Shown here: piece after piece, positions 1-10,344 of the stretch
Layout: each line of letters starts with the position of its first letter
Numbering within the stretch: position 1 is the first letter of the stretch
Assembly (NCBI GenBank): GCA_021613535.1
Contig: CP075495.1
Location: 10,850,001-10,914,000 of the forward strand
Reading direction: 5' to 3'
From: Adineta vaga
Lineage: Eukaryota > Animalia > Rotifera
DNA length: 64,000 nucleotides
Translations under genes and position numbers: made by a program
The notes under the pieces: model-generated
Databases searched by the model: none
Seen by the model: the letters and a program-made list of their open reading frames with translations, nothing else
What the model was told of the DNA's origin: nothing

Positions 1-1981
1 CGACTTCCTTCTTCAAGTACTAATTAAAGGAAAGAAGAATTGCCTATATGTGTATATGACTCAGGCGGAGAATCCTTCAAGATGGAATGCCGGTTGACGG
101 AAACAACGCCTAGAGAATAAATAATTGAAGATGTTGCTAACAACCATCATCGCTATCATTGCGGTTGTTTGCTTCAATGCTTATCAACAAATGAATAAAA
201 CGTATATTTAGAAGAGTAGTTCTATTCTTTTTCAATAAATATAATTGAACAACTACTTTCTATTTCAATACCAATGAAGAAACAAGACGTTTTAAATTTC
301 TACTCTCATTCTCTCGTGTTTTTTTCACTATACTTATTTAATTTCAACACAATCAAATCACTGTTGCATATTTCTAAAACAAAGATATGTATTTAATTTC
401 ACTTACGAGACAATCTCATTTCATTTTTGTTTTGTTAAATATTCGTCTCATATTACATTAATCATTTGTCAAAGAATGATGAAATAATCAAGAAGATTGA
501 TTTAATATTCTCAACTAGATTTCGTGATAGATATAATTTGAATTAATTTATTCCAAGGAAATGTTCTTTTATTAATCAGATTAAGTCTTTTCTAACGTAA
601 AATATTTTCCTGTTATTAAACGGAAGTTTATAAAGAAAAGTCCTTCTCTGATTATTCCAAGCAAATAAGGAAGTTATTCATCAAGAAAATAAAGTACTTC
701 AGATGTCACTCATCGTTCGTTTTTTGTTCTATTGATGAAATTATGACAAAAAATGTATGTTGAAGTATATTATGATTAACTTGTTCAGTTTAAAATAGGA
801 GACAAAAGTAATTCAGAATGTGTCACTCGTTTAATTAAATAGTTTAACATAAAAATGGTGAGAATATGCTAAGAAAATTCTTGAATAGAATATTTGATTT
901 ATTATTATGGTAGATAGCGATTGATTATATTAGGTTTTAATATAACTTCCTCGAGGAAACTATCACATGAAAAACATAAATTGCATTGAAATCTCTTCAT
1001 CTATATCGACAAGACGGATCTGAATGATTTTGTACTTGAAAATTGTTTACATTAGATTCATCGATAGCTATTCTATATAACATTGAACTTATCTGATGTC
1101 TGGTTATAGATTTTCATGGTTTATCATAAGTAAAATCAATTTTATAATTATACTACTTTAAACTTCCATACTGTATTATCGATGTAAACTATTGAAATAT
1201 GTCAATAACTTCAGAAAGTTCTAAATAAGATGTAACACTTAACTTAGTTTCGAAATATTAGTCGTGTCAAATACACTAACAATGTTCTTAACCGTTTATT
1301 ATGGTTTTAACTTTGACAAGCAATTAAATCATTGTGTTTACATATTGTAACTTTGCTTCTGAAATCATATTACTGATTACAATGATGTATGCAATTCTAT
1401 TCAAATAGAATAGATGTTTATTTAACCTAGTAAATATACAATACCTTTGATATTTCATTGAAAATGCTTTACATCTATAATAATAAATTACTTATTCTTG
1501 ACAACGGTTGAAAAGATAAAAAAAAACAACAGTAATAATATTGGTTTCATTTTTCCATAGAAAATTGGTTGATAACAACAACATATGTATACAGTTGCAT
1601 TGAATGGTCGAAAGATATTTGAATATTTAGTTTGTAATTGTTGAATTGAAAAAATTTATTTTATATTCGTAGATTGAAATGAGACATCTGACAGTAAAGA
1701 AAACCAACAAAGTTGTTGATCATCATATGTTAACATTTTATCAAAAGTCTTATATATCGAAATGATAGTTTCTTCAAATCATCTTCATATGATGTATTAT
1801 TAGCTTAGAATAAATGAATGATATGTAGATTCTCTAAAATTAGTATTCATGAAAAATTGAGATTTTCGTTGACTGCGAAATTTATTGAAAAGTGTTACAC
1901 AAGAAAAAGTTTTTTTTCATAAATGAACGAAACATTTTTTTTTTGAAAAAATACTGTCATTTGGAAAACGATTGTCTTTAT

Positions 1982-2277
1982 TTATTTACCACATTTACAT
2001 GAACCAGCTGGACATTGGCAGTTATCACATGCACAACCTTCTTTGCCACATCCTTTGCCTATAATGACAGAAAAAAAATATTTAATTCCGTAGGAAGAAA
2101 TTACATGGATACACTTACTAGTTTTATTGCAATCACAGCTTGAATCACATGTACATTTGCCTGTTTTCGTGCAATCTTCTTTGCATCCGCATTTTCCATC
2201 TGAGATAAGAAAAAGAAAAGAAATAACTCGAGATATCAGAAAGTATTTGCTCACTTACTTTCACAACGGCAAGGCAT
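1982..2277 (-). CDS. Metallothionein type A, copy 1 (58 aa, 16 Cys)
   Basis: Exons 2277-2259, 2199-2119 and 2058-1982 with GT-AG introns give MPCRCENGKCGCKEDCTKTGKCTCDSSCDCNKTSKGCGKEGCACDNCQCPAGSCKCGK. CxC motifs, no aromatic residues. TATA-like CTATAAATAC upstream (~2353-2362). Confidence 0.92.
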
Positions 2278-2381
2278 TATAATTGGTATTAGTTGATATA
2301 AAGGTTTGATGAGATGAGAAAATTTATGTGATCTATTCCCAAATACAATGCAGTATTTATAGGGCTAGTCGTGGTGATTAT

Positions 2382-2467
2382 TTACGTAAAAGAAAAGGGG
2401 GTGCCGATAGTTACGTGAAAAAGAGAAAGGGGGTGTGGATGTATTAACCAAATAGAGAAGGGGGTGC
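2382..2467. promoter_or_regulatory. MT-A1 promoter module: three GGGGGTG(C/T) sites, two preceded by TTACGT(A/G)A
   Basis: GGGGGTGC at 2397, GGGGGTGT at 2429, GGGGGTGC at 2460; TTACGTAA at 2382 and TTACGTGA at 2411. Lies just upstream of the TATA-like box. Confidence 0.6.
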
Positions 2468-2917
2468 GGCTAGAGAAAGAGGAGTGTAACAGGGGAGTAC
2501 AATCCAGGTGTACCAAACAACGTTTATCATGTTATGTGAATGGCTATGTTTTTCTTTGAAAACCAAATGAAACCAATTGAAAATCAACGAACATTCGTTA
2601 GTAAAACAAGCATATCCAATTTATTGCTTTTCATTTTCTCTATTAACACATATGTTTGTGTACATATGAAGTTCACAAACAGAAAATAACTCATTTAAAA
2701 GATTATCTTTATACTATTTGCCAATCATACCAGACAGATTTGTTTTCTCTCACAAAAATTATTTGATGGTTTTCAATAAAATAAATCATTTTCTCATCAT
2801 CTAAACATACTTTTCTAGTAAACGAGTAGAACGTCTAACTCTATTTATTGAACGAAATCTTAGAACGATACAAACAGTGAAAAAAAGAATGACAGTTTGA
2901 CATGGTGCATATTGATT

Positions 2918-3223
2918 TCAAACAGCACATTTGCAAGCTGAGCAGTTGCAATCTGTGCAAGAACATGCCGATCCACAACTTGTATTTTCATCTATGAAGA
3001 GAAAAGAGAACGAAATGAAAAGAGAGAATAATGTGGATATTGAAGTACATACGAGAACATGATTTGCAGTCACATTTGCATGAACAGGTATCATCGCATT
3101 TGCAAGAACCATTTAGGCATCCAGCACCACATCCACATCCGGCAGCTAGAAATCAAAACTTAGAAATGTGAAGACAAGGAAAGAATGAATGAGTTTACTT
3201 TTGCATTGGCATGGTTTTGGCAT
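2918..3223 (-). CDS. Metallothionein type B, copy 1 (63 aa, 19 Cys)
   Basis: Three exons with phase-1 introns give MPKPCQCKTAGCGCGAGCLNGSCKCDDTCSCKCDCKSCSHENTSCGSACSCTDCNCSACKCAV. Confidence 0.92.
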
Positions 3224-3340
3224 ATTGATCGTTTGTTTTGTTTGTTAGTGATGAGACAAGAAACAATTGAGCGAATAAATGAATGAAAGAAGAAGTATAT
3301 CTGTGTATATATATATATATAGATGTCTGTGACTGTGTAT

Positions 3341-3931
3341 AACGTAACGGGGGTGCATTGGAACGATGAACAGCACCCCTGTTCAAGATAGATATATTAT
3401 GTACTTATCTGCATTCATCAGTTGAGCACCCCCTTTTTTCCTCATGTTGAATTCACATGATGCGTTTCATCGATGATGATGATGATGCTGCTATATTGAT
3501 CTTTAACGAGATACGAGAGCAAGACTTAAGAAAAGGATGACATGTACCTAACTGGTCTGATTGCGATAAGTGATGGCAGAAAGAAACACAAAAACGTTTA
3601 AGTGAAATCATATATCATAGCGGTAATAGAACGAATAATACGAATCAACATGTATTCTACCTGGAATCATCAATACAACTACAGTGGCGAAAAATATTGA
3701 ATTCTTTGGAATATCTGAACGCATAAGACTTTCATATTTTCTAATATAAATTCATTTTAATTCATACATTATTGTGGACTTCCGACTTTATTCAAAATTT
3801 CACGTGTAATATAACCCACAGAACGGATAAATCAAAGAAAACGGGGGTGCGCAGTTAATCATTAGCGATAAATATAATATATCTATCTTGAACAGGGGTG
3901 CTATTCATCGTTCCAATGCACCCCCGTTACG
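3341..3931. promoter_or_regulatory. Shared divergent promoter of the MT-B pair, with six GCACCCC/GGGGTGC sites
   Basis: Sites at 3349, 3373, 3426, 3843, 3895 and 3918. TGCACCC and TGCGCAC match the MRE core TGCRCNC. ACGTAA/TTACGT lies next to the proximal site in each arm. Confidence 0.65.
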
Positions 3932-4042
3932 TTATACACAGTCGCAGACATCTATATATATACAGATATGCTTCTTCTTGCATTCATTTATTCGCTCAAT
4001 TGTTTCTTGTCTCATCACTAACAAACAAAACAAACGATCAAT

Positions 4043-4349
4043 ATGCCAAAACCATGCCAATGCAAAAGTAAACTCATTCATTCTTTCCTTGTCTTCACAT
4101 TTCTAAGTTTTGATTTCTAGCTGCCGGATGTGGATGTGGTGCTGGATGCCTAAATGGTTCTTGCAAATGCGATGATACCTGTTCATGCAAATGTGACTGC
4201 AAATCATGTTCTCGTATGTACTTCAATATCCACATTATTCTCTCTTTTCATTTCGTTCTCTTTTCTCTTCAATAGATGAAAATACAAGTTGTGGATCGGC
4301 ATGTTCTTGCACAGATTGCAACTGCTCAGCTTGCAAATGTGCTGTTTGA
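4043..4349 (+). CDS. Metallothionein type B, copy 2 (protein identical to copy 1)
   Basis: Mirror image of 2918-3223. ATG at 4043, TGA at 4347-4349, GT-AG introns. Confidence 0.92.
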
Positions 4350-4615
4350 AATCAATATGCACCATGTCAAACTGTCATTCTTTTTTTCACTGTTTGTATT
4401 GTTCTAAGATTTCGTTCAATAAATAGAGTTAGACGTTCTACTCGTTTACTAGAAAAGTATGTTTAGATGATGTGGAAGTGAAAATAAACGATGTTTTAAT
4501 CGAAACGTAAAATTTATTGATTACATTTTTCAAGTATTGGTTGTATTCAATACAAATAAAAAGAAATATTAGAAGAGTTTAAGTGAAATGTTCTTTGGTT
4601 AGCTTATATTCATGT

Positions 4616-4913
4616 TCATTTGCCACATTTACATGAACCAGAAGCACATTGACAGTTTTCACATTTACAGTCTGCATTGCCACATCCTTTACCTAGAAAG
4701 ATACAAATCAATATTCGAGAATTAAAGAGAAAATTCAATTGCTAAACTTACTGGTATTATTACACATACAACTTGAGTCACATGTACATTTGCCTGATTT
4801 AGTGCAATCTTCTTTGCATGAACATTTTCCAGCTAAAAATATAAGAATATTTATGTATTTACGTTTGATGGCCTCTGGTTTTTGAATTTCATACCTTCGC
4901 ATTGACACGGCAT
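4616..4913 (-). CDS. Metallothionein type A, copy 2 (58 aa, 16 Cys); absent from the ORF track
   Basis: Exons 4913-4895, 4832-4752 and 4692-4616 have the same 19/81/77-nt sizes as MT-A1. Product MPCQCEAGKCSCKEDCTKSGKCTCDSSCVCNNTSKGCGNADCKCENCQCASGSCKCGK is 45/58 identical to MT-A1 with all Cys conserved. Confidence 0.92.
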
Positions 4914-5512
4914 TGTATTTAATATAAGATAGAGTAATATTTCAATAATCGAGAAAAATAATAATGAAATATTTGTGTCAATGCATCTGTATTTATAGTA
5001 CTACCGAGAGAAAAAAAAAAGCGGCGCCATTCGTTCCATAGAAATAGTGCGAGTTCATATTTATGCATGAATCATCTTCCTTTCTATTGGCTTGTTCTCG
5101 TCAAAAAAGCAATTCTGCGTAGTACTAAAGAAATAGAACAATATTTCGTAGTTCTAATCACCTAGAACTTACTAGAATAATTCACTTTTTATTCATTTAT
5201 TTGCTCTATTTCCGAGATGAATTCGGTTCCCGATGGATAGAATATACATTTATTATCTTATTTCTTTTTATCCTAGCATCATTCAGCACGGTAATACACA
5301 TTGACTAATAATAACACATCAATCATATCAAAATCTAGAATTTGAAAACAACAAATAACCCTTGAACTTATCCATGCACCATCATTTAATAGTAACAAAA
5401 AAACAAAACATTCAAAAATGTTAGATTCATATATACATGAATAAACACATAGAAAAAAGACGATCGTTGAAAAAAATATCGTTTATGAAACGAAAGTAAT
5501 AATATTAGAGTA

Positions 5513-6647
5513 TCATGCAGCAGATGAAGTTGAAGGTGACGATGATGGTAACGGTAATGACTTCTGTTGTTGTTGAGAACGAACAGGTAGATCATATTTA
5601 AAATCAATCCATGGTTTATTGATGGCATGAATTTTATTTTTATGAATTTTATCTGTTATTATTAGAAAACCAGCATTTTGTTCAATAAGTTCAGGTGCAA
5701 CAAGAAATTCATCAAGAGATAGAGTCTTATCAATTGGCTCATTTGGTAAGAGATATGAATAAATATCTAATTGTCCACTCTTTTGTTGAGCAATAAGAAT
5801 TTTGAAAAAATGCGTCGGAACAGCAACTTGATTTGGACCTATAACTTGATATTTTACATAAAGTTTATTATCGATTGGATCGAGTCTAATGAAGAATAAT
5901 ATGAAATAGAATAGAATTTAACTATTTAGTAATAGAAAGCAAGCATACCTTGGAAGATACAGTGGTCCAGTAAGAATCCATAAACCACCTGGATAATGTT
6001 TAACAAGTGCACGAACATATGTTTCTAATTGTGCCCATTTATCTCGATTAAATCCTTTTCCTACCTAACAGCAAATATGATTTTAAAAAAAAGAATATTC
6101 ATTCATTTAGAAAACATTTGAATATTACCTGCGGAGCAATGTTTGAAAGTAGAAATGTTCGATTCATACTTTCTTGTGAATGACGATGATTTGCACTTGG
6201 AATCATATGTCCTCGATCAAAACCCGAACCTCAAAAAACAAAAATTAGAATTTCAAGTTAAAAAATAAGCAATTTATTATCTATTTTACCACGATAATCT
6301 TGAAGTGTTGCACGAAAAAATGGATGTATTTGTTCATCTTCACGAAATAATGCTTTTCCTCGATCAACATTATTTCCCATTGTAATTGTATCACGTGTCA
6401 AATGTTCGATTGTCCATAATGGTATTCGTGTTCGACGATCATAACTTACAGCAAAATTTGGATCAAGTTGACGAATACTTTGTGTTGATAAATCAGGTGT
6501 AAAACGAAATAATGCACTTTCATTCTTTGATATTCCTCCTTCCCATAAACGAAAGTATGTACTAGTAGCAAGAACACCAAGTGCTACACCAGCAGCAAGC
6601 GTACCGATGCCTTGAGCATAAGCCATTCGACGTGTTCCTCCTGTCAT
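5513..6647 (-). CDS. ENDOG: Mitochondrial endonuclease G (DNA/RNA non-specific nuclease)
   Basis: Spliced product contains SYDRRTRIPLWTIEHL, GSGFDRGHMIP (DRGH catalytic motif), TFLLSNIAPQ and VAVPTHFFKI. Confidence 0.9.
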
Positions 6648-6910
6648 TAAACATCATGAAGATTCGAGTAAAAACGAATCAATGAAATGACATGCTCGTC
6701 TTTTACTGGTTGAAATATCAATCTATGATCATTTTTTTGAAAGAAAAAATTCGATACAAATTACCAGTTAACTGTGAAAACTTATTAAGATTTATGATGA
6801 AAAAATAAAATTTCTAATGCGAAAAATGATGTCGCCACTATCGATATTACTGGGAATAATCCTCATGATTCAATTCAATCTAAATTAATATTTTGCGATT
6901 TGATTTTTTC

Positions 6911-7319
6911 ATGTCTGAAAAAACTCAAATTCCACGTGTTCTTTGAGCTCAATAATGTGCAACTGTACTTTTGACGATTGTTATGCTGAATATTGACAAA
7001 GTTGATGTTAAATTTGAAGAAAATGCTGTCAGTTTTCATGACCAATCATCAACTATGTTGTTAAAATTGATTTATATGAAAAGATCGATCCCGATTCATG
7101 TAAATATGACCGTAATAAATTGAGAAAGAAAGATGAAAAATGAAAAGTCGATAGGAATTATCAAGATATATTTTCTGGAGGTAAGATAAAATGAAAAAAT
7201 TAGTTGTAAACAATTATAATTCGAATTCTATTGTAGGTATGGAGCTAATGAATGATATATCAGATAAGACTGGTATTTCTGATGACGATGAGATAAAATC
7301 AATGTCTACTAGAAAATGA
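6911..7319 (+). pseudogene. Decayed p23/Sba1 (PTGES3-like Hsp90 co-chaperone) pseudogene
   Basis: Reads MSEKTQIPRVL*AQ*CATVLLTI (cf. the Sba1/p23 P-x-V-x-WAQR motif), then a frameshift, then YVVKIDLYEKIDPDSCKY..LRKKDEK*KVD and an acidic tail. Stops at 6944, 6953 and 7141. Retains a GT-AG intron at 7181-7236. Confidence 0.75.
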
Positions 7320-7756
7320 GAGCAAAACTACAAACTCCAGTGTATAAGGATCAATCACTAAGAAATAATCTAAATAAGTTAATCTTTAATTGATTTTTTT
7401 TTCCATAAAATGTTTATTATTATTATCTCTGAACTGACTGAATTCAAGATATATTCATATGGGAAGGCGATTTATTAGTAGCTCGTTAAAATCTTGTGAA
7501 AATATCGGCCATTTTAATTTAAGAAAAAAAATCTTGATTTCATATATCCAATTCTTTCTAGATCGGTCTCGCTTTTTCAGTCAACCAAAACAAGTTAATG
7601 AATATTGAAAATATTTCTTGAACCTTCAAACGATGTAACTACTAAATGGTGACAGAATCGAAAGAATGAATCAGAATATAAACAAAAAACTCGATTGAAT
7701 TAAATCTATTATGATACAAAAAGGTAATTTTATTTTCAAACAACTTAATCTTAATA

Positions 7757-8134
7757 ATGTCTTCGAACAATTCGTCATTTGTCCTTGAAAGTCCACCTAA
7801 TATACACAAGATTGCAGACTTAACTACAAACACATCTCCTACTATTGATATAACCTCACCTTCAAGCGATGATTTCTCATCAGTTATTAATGAATTTACA
7901 ACCGAACGAGTTTGTCGTTTATTAAGCAAGAATCCAGAAAATTATAATGTGATTAGAAATACAAAGAATAATTTAACGTCTATATGTTGGAATCTCTTTG
8001 GTATTCCGGCTAGAAAAATTCCTGGAACAGAAGAATTTGTTCTTAATACGATATATGTAATCTGTATGCAAAGTCATAGGATGGGATGGGACGAAAAACT
8101 TTTTTGATCCCATCCTATCCCACGTCGAACCCTA
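7757..8134 (+). mobile_element. Internally deleted hAT-like DNA transposon remnant
   Basis: The ORF ends in S-I-C-W-N-L-F-G-I-P, resembling the first half of a BED finger, and breaks off before the CxxC. It is followed by GGATGGGATGGGAC...CCCATCCTATCCCAC...CCCTA, a TAGGG-type terminus. No left TIR was found. Confidence 0.55.
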
Positions 8135-8748
8135 ATACATTCCTTATATCTCATGGACGTGTATCGAAATACATTCGATTGCAGTCTTCAAGTACTTGCA
8201 GCAGCTGATGTGCTCAATGGCAGAAAAGTCATTTGTTAAAAAACAATTGATCCTGAGTTGCAATAACTTGACCCAAAAATTAATTTTTAAAACATCTATT
8301 CTCATTCTATACTCTTTTGAATTAACAATATGGTTTTACTCTCAATGTATATTTTTATGTTTAGATAGAAATTATTTTTCGATTTCAACAGACTATGCAT
8401 CGTACAAAATGATTGTAGATACAAGAAAGGTTTTTTTTACAGTAGTATAGTATACAGATACATTGTAATTATGCTCTTTTGCTAGAAAATTTTCAGAAAA
8501 TTAACTATTTCATGAGAATGAGTAAAAGTCTATTTATAGTTTTTCTATGAGTAATACATGACGCCATTTTTGCGATAAAAAGACAGAGAGCATTTGACTG
8601 AGTCAATATAAAAAGAAATAAAAAATAGAGTAAATGAGAAAATGTGCTTTAATCTCACCTGGTAATATAACGCAGATATACGCATAGTCATTACAAAACC
8701 CATATTGTTTATTCTGATTTCTTTGTCTTAGATAAATAATAAAAGAAT

Positions 8749-10344
8749 ATGACTGAAAATTCTCCTCTATTAGGAGGTCCAGCACCTTTATATCCTACCA
8801 TAACACCTTCTAACGATCCAAATTCGTCACCACCACCACCATATTCATCAGAATCGGCACAAGCAACCTCACCAAAACAGAATGCACTTCCACCTGCTAA
8901 TCAATTTCCACAGATTGATATAAATTTTGGTTGGGCTGTATGGCAAGATCGTGGTTTTGCTATTGCATTTTGGATTCATTTTCTTGTCGTAACTATACTT
9001 GCATTTTCCTTGGGTATACCAGCTCTTCGTGCAGATGCGAAAAGACCATTTGATGATCCAAGTCGAACAACATTCGATTATAATGCAGATTTATTTATTC
9101 GTGTTTTTGTTGGAGGTGCAGCTTTAAGTGGTCTAGTAGCATTTGTATCATTTTTTGTTCTCCAACGATGTGCTGGTCGAATTATTAAATGTTCACTTTA
9201 TATGGGTGTAGCAATACAAATTCTATTTTGTGTAATTTTATTTATTGTTGCTTGGCCTATGGGTATTATAACACTTATAATTGTTCTTATTTCGCTTTGG
9301 TATATCTATATTGTTCGAAATCGTATTGCTTTTGCTGAAGCTCATATACAAGTGGGTTGTGCTGCTTTACGTAGTCATCCATCTGTTTTAGGTGTTGCTA
9401 TAATTATGTTAATTGTACAATTTTTATGGGTATTTCTTTGGGGTTTAATGGCTTTAGGTTTTGAATATGTTATGAATGGAGAAAATAAGTCAAATTCGAA
9501 TGGAGCTGTTGGTGGCATATTTGTTATTGTTTTGTTAACATCATTATTTTGGGGAGCATTAACATTTCGAAATATAACACATTTTGTTACAGCATGTGTT
9601 GTTGGCCAATGGTGGTTTACAGCTGATGCACATCGACAATATGCTGTTGAAACAAGTGTTCAACGTGCATTTACCACGAATTTCGGTACAATTTCATTTG
9701 GTTCATTAATCTTAGCTTTTATTAAAGCATTACGTGTTGTTGCACAAGTCAATGAAAGTAATGCTCGTCGAGATGGAAATATTGTTGTTTTACTTCTTAG
9801 TTGTGTTGCTGTATGTATCCTTCGAGTCTTTGAAGGACTTGTACGATATCTTAATGAATGGGCATTTGTTTACGCTGCTTTAACTGGGCAATCATTTCGT
9901 GCTGCGAGTCAAAGTTTTCTTAATCTATTTCAACAACGCGGTTGGACCATGATTATCAATGATGATCTTGCTGGACATGCTCTAACAATTGTTACTGTTG
10001 CTATTGGATTAATCTCTGCATCACTTGGTGGTATCGGTGTTTATGCTGCTATGCCAAATTCACCTTCACGTGCTTCCATTGCAGGCATGGCAGCATTTTT
10101 CTGTTTTATTATTGGTACTACAATGGGCACAGTCATGTCATCTATTCTTAGTTCAGGTGTTCGAACAGCATTTGTCTGTTTTGCAATGAATCCTGCTGCA
10201 CTAGGTACCACACATCCTGAACATTTACAAAATTTACTTCTTGCTTGGTATAAATTTCATCCACAAGAATTTGCTCAGAGTGGTTTCGCAATGCATTTAC
10301 CTAAACCTGCCGCTTCGTCTAGTGATATTTATCGAAATGTATAA
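8749..10344 (+). CDS. Choline transporter-like (CTL/SLC44, PNS1-type) membrane protein, single coding exon
   Basis: 531 aa with ~10 hydrophobic segments. Family motifs RNRIAFA, AFTTNFGTISFGSLI, YLNEWAFVYAALTGQSF..AS and IINDDL. Confidence 0.88.
   Translation: MTENSPLLGGPAPLYPTITPSNDPNSSPPPPYSSESAQATSPKQNALPPANQFPQIDINFGWAVWQDRGFAIAFWIHFLVVTILAFSLGIPALRADAKRPFDDPSRTTFDYNADLFIRVFVGGAALSGLVAFVSFFVLQRCAGRIIKCSLYMGVAIQILFCVILFIVAWPMGIITLIIVLISLWYIYIVRNRIAFAEAHIQVGCAALRSHPSVLGVAIIMLIVQFLWVFLWGLMALGFEYVMNGENKSNSNGAVGGIFVIVLLTSLFWGALTFRNITHFVTACVVGQWWFTADAHRQYAVETSVQRAFTTNFGTISFGSLILAFIKALRVVAQVNESNARRDGNIVVLLLSCVAVCILRVFEGLVRYLNEWAFVYAALTGQSFRAASQSFLNLFQQRGWTMIINDDLAGHALTIVTVAIGLISASLGGIGVYAAMPNSPSRASIAGMAAFFCFIIGTTMGTVMSSILSSGVRTAFVCFAMNPAALGTTHPEHLQNLLLAWYKFHPQEFAQSGFAMHLPKPAASSSDIYRNV

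Larger units (their letters stand above)
2795..4472. repeat. Long inverted repeat (palindrome): arms 2795-3400 and 3874-4472, 473-bp spacer, one MT-B gene per arm
   Basis: Manual comparison of the arms shows about 5 substitutions, an 8-nt (AT)n indel and a 1-nt intron indel over ~600 bp. The coding exons are identical. Confidence 0.95.

Noticed and set aside
1-215. Possible last exon, or a 26-aa hydrophobic ORF (MLLTTIIAIIAVVCF..., 131-211)
   Set aside because: Cut by the window edge, no recognisable homology, and several frames are equally plausible.
850-1420. Faintly coding-like AT-rich stretch, possibly a decayed gene
   Set aside because: Frequent stops and no identifiable motif.
3195-4106. 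ORF-track peptides beginning MNRGA (3195-3386 and 3888-4106)
   Set aside because: TTG-start reads through the MT-B promoter and UTR. They are duplicated only because of the palindrome.
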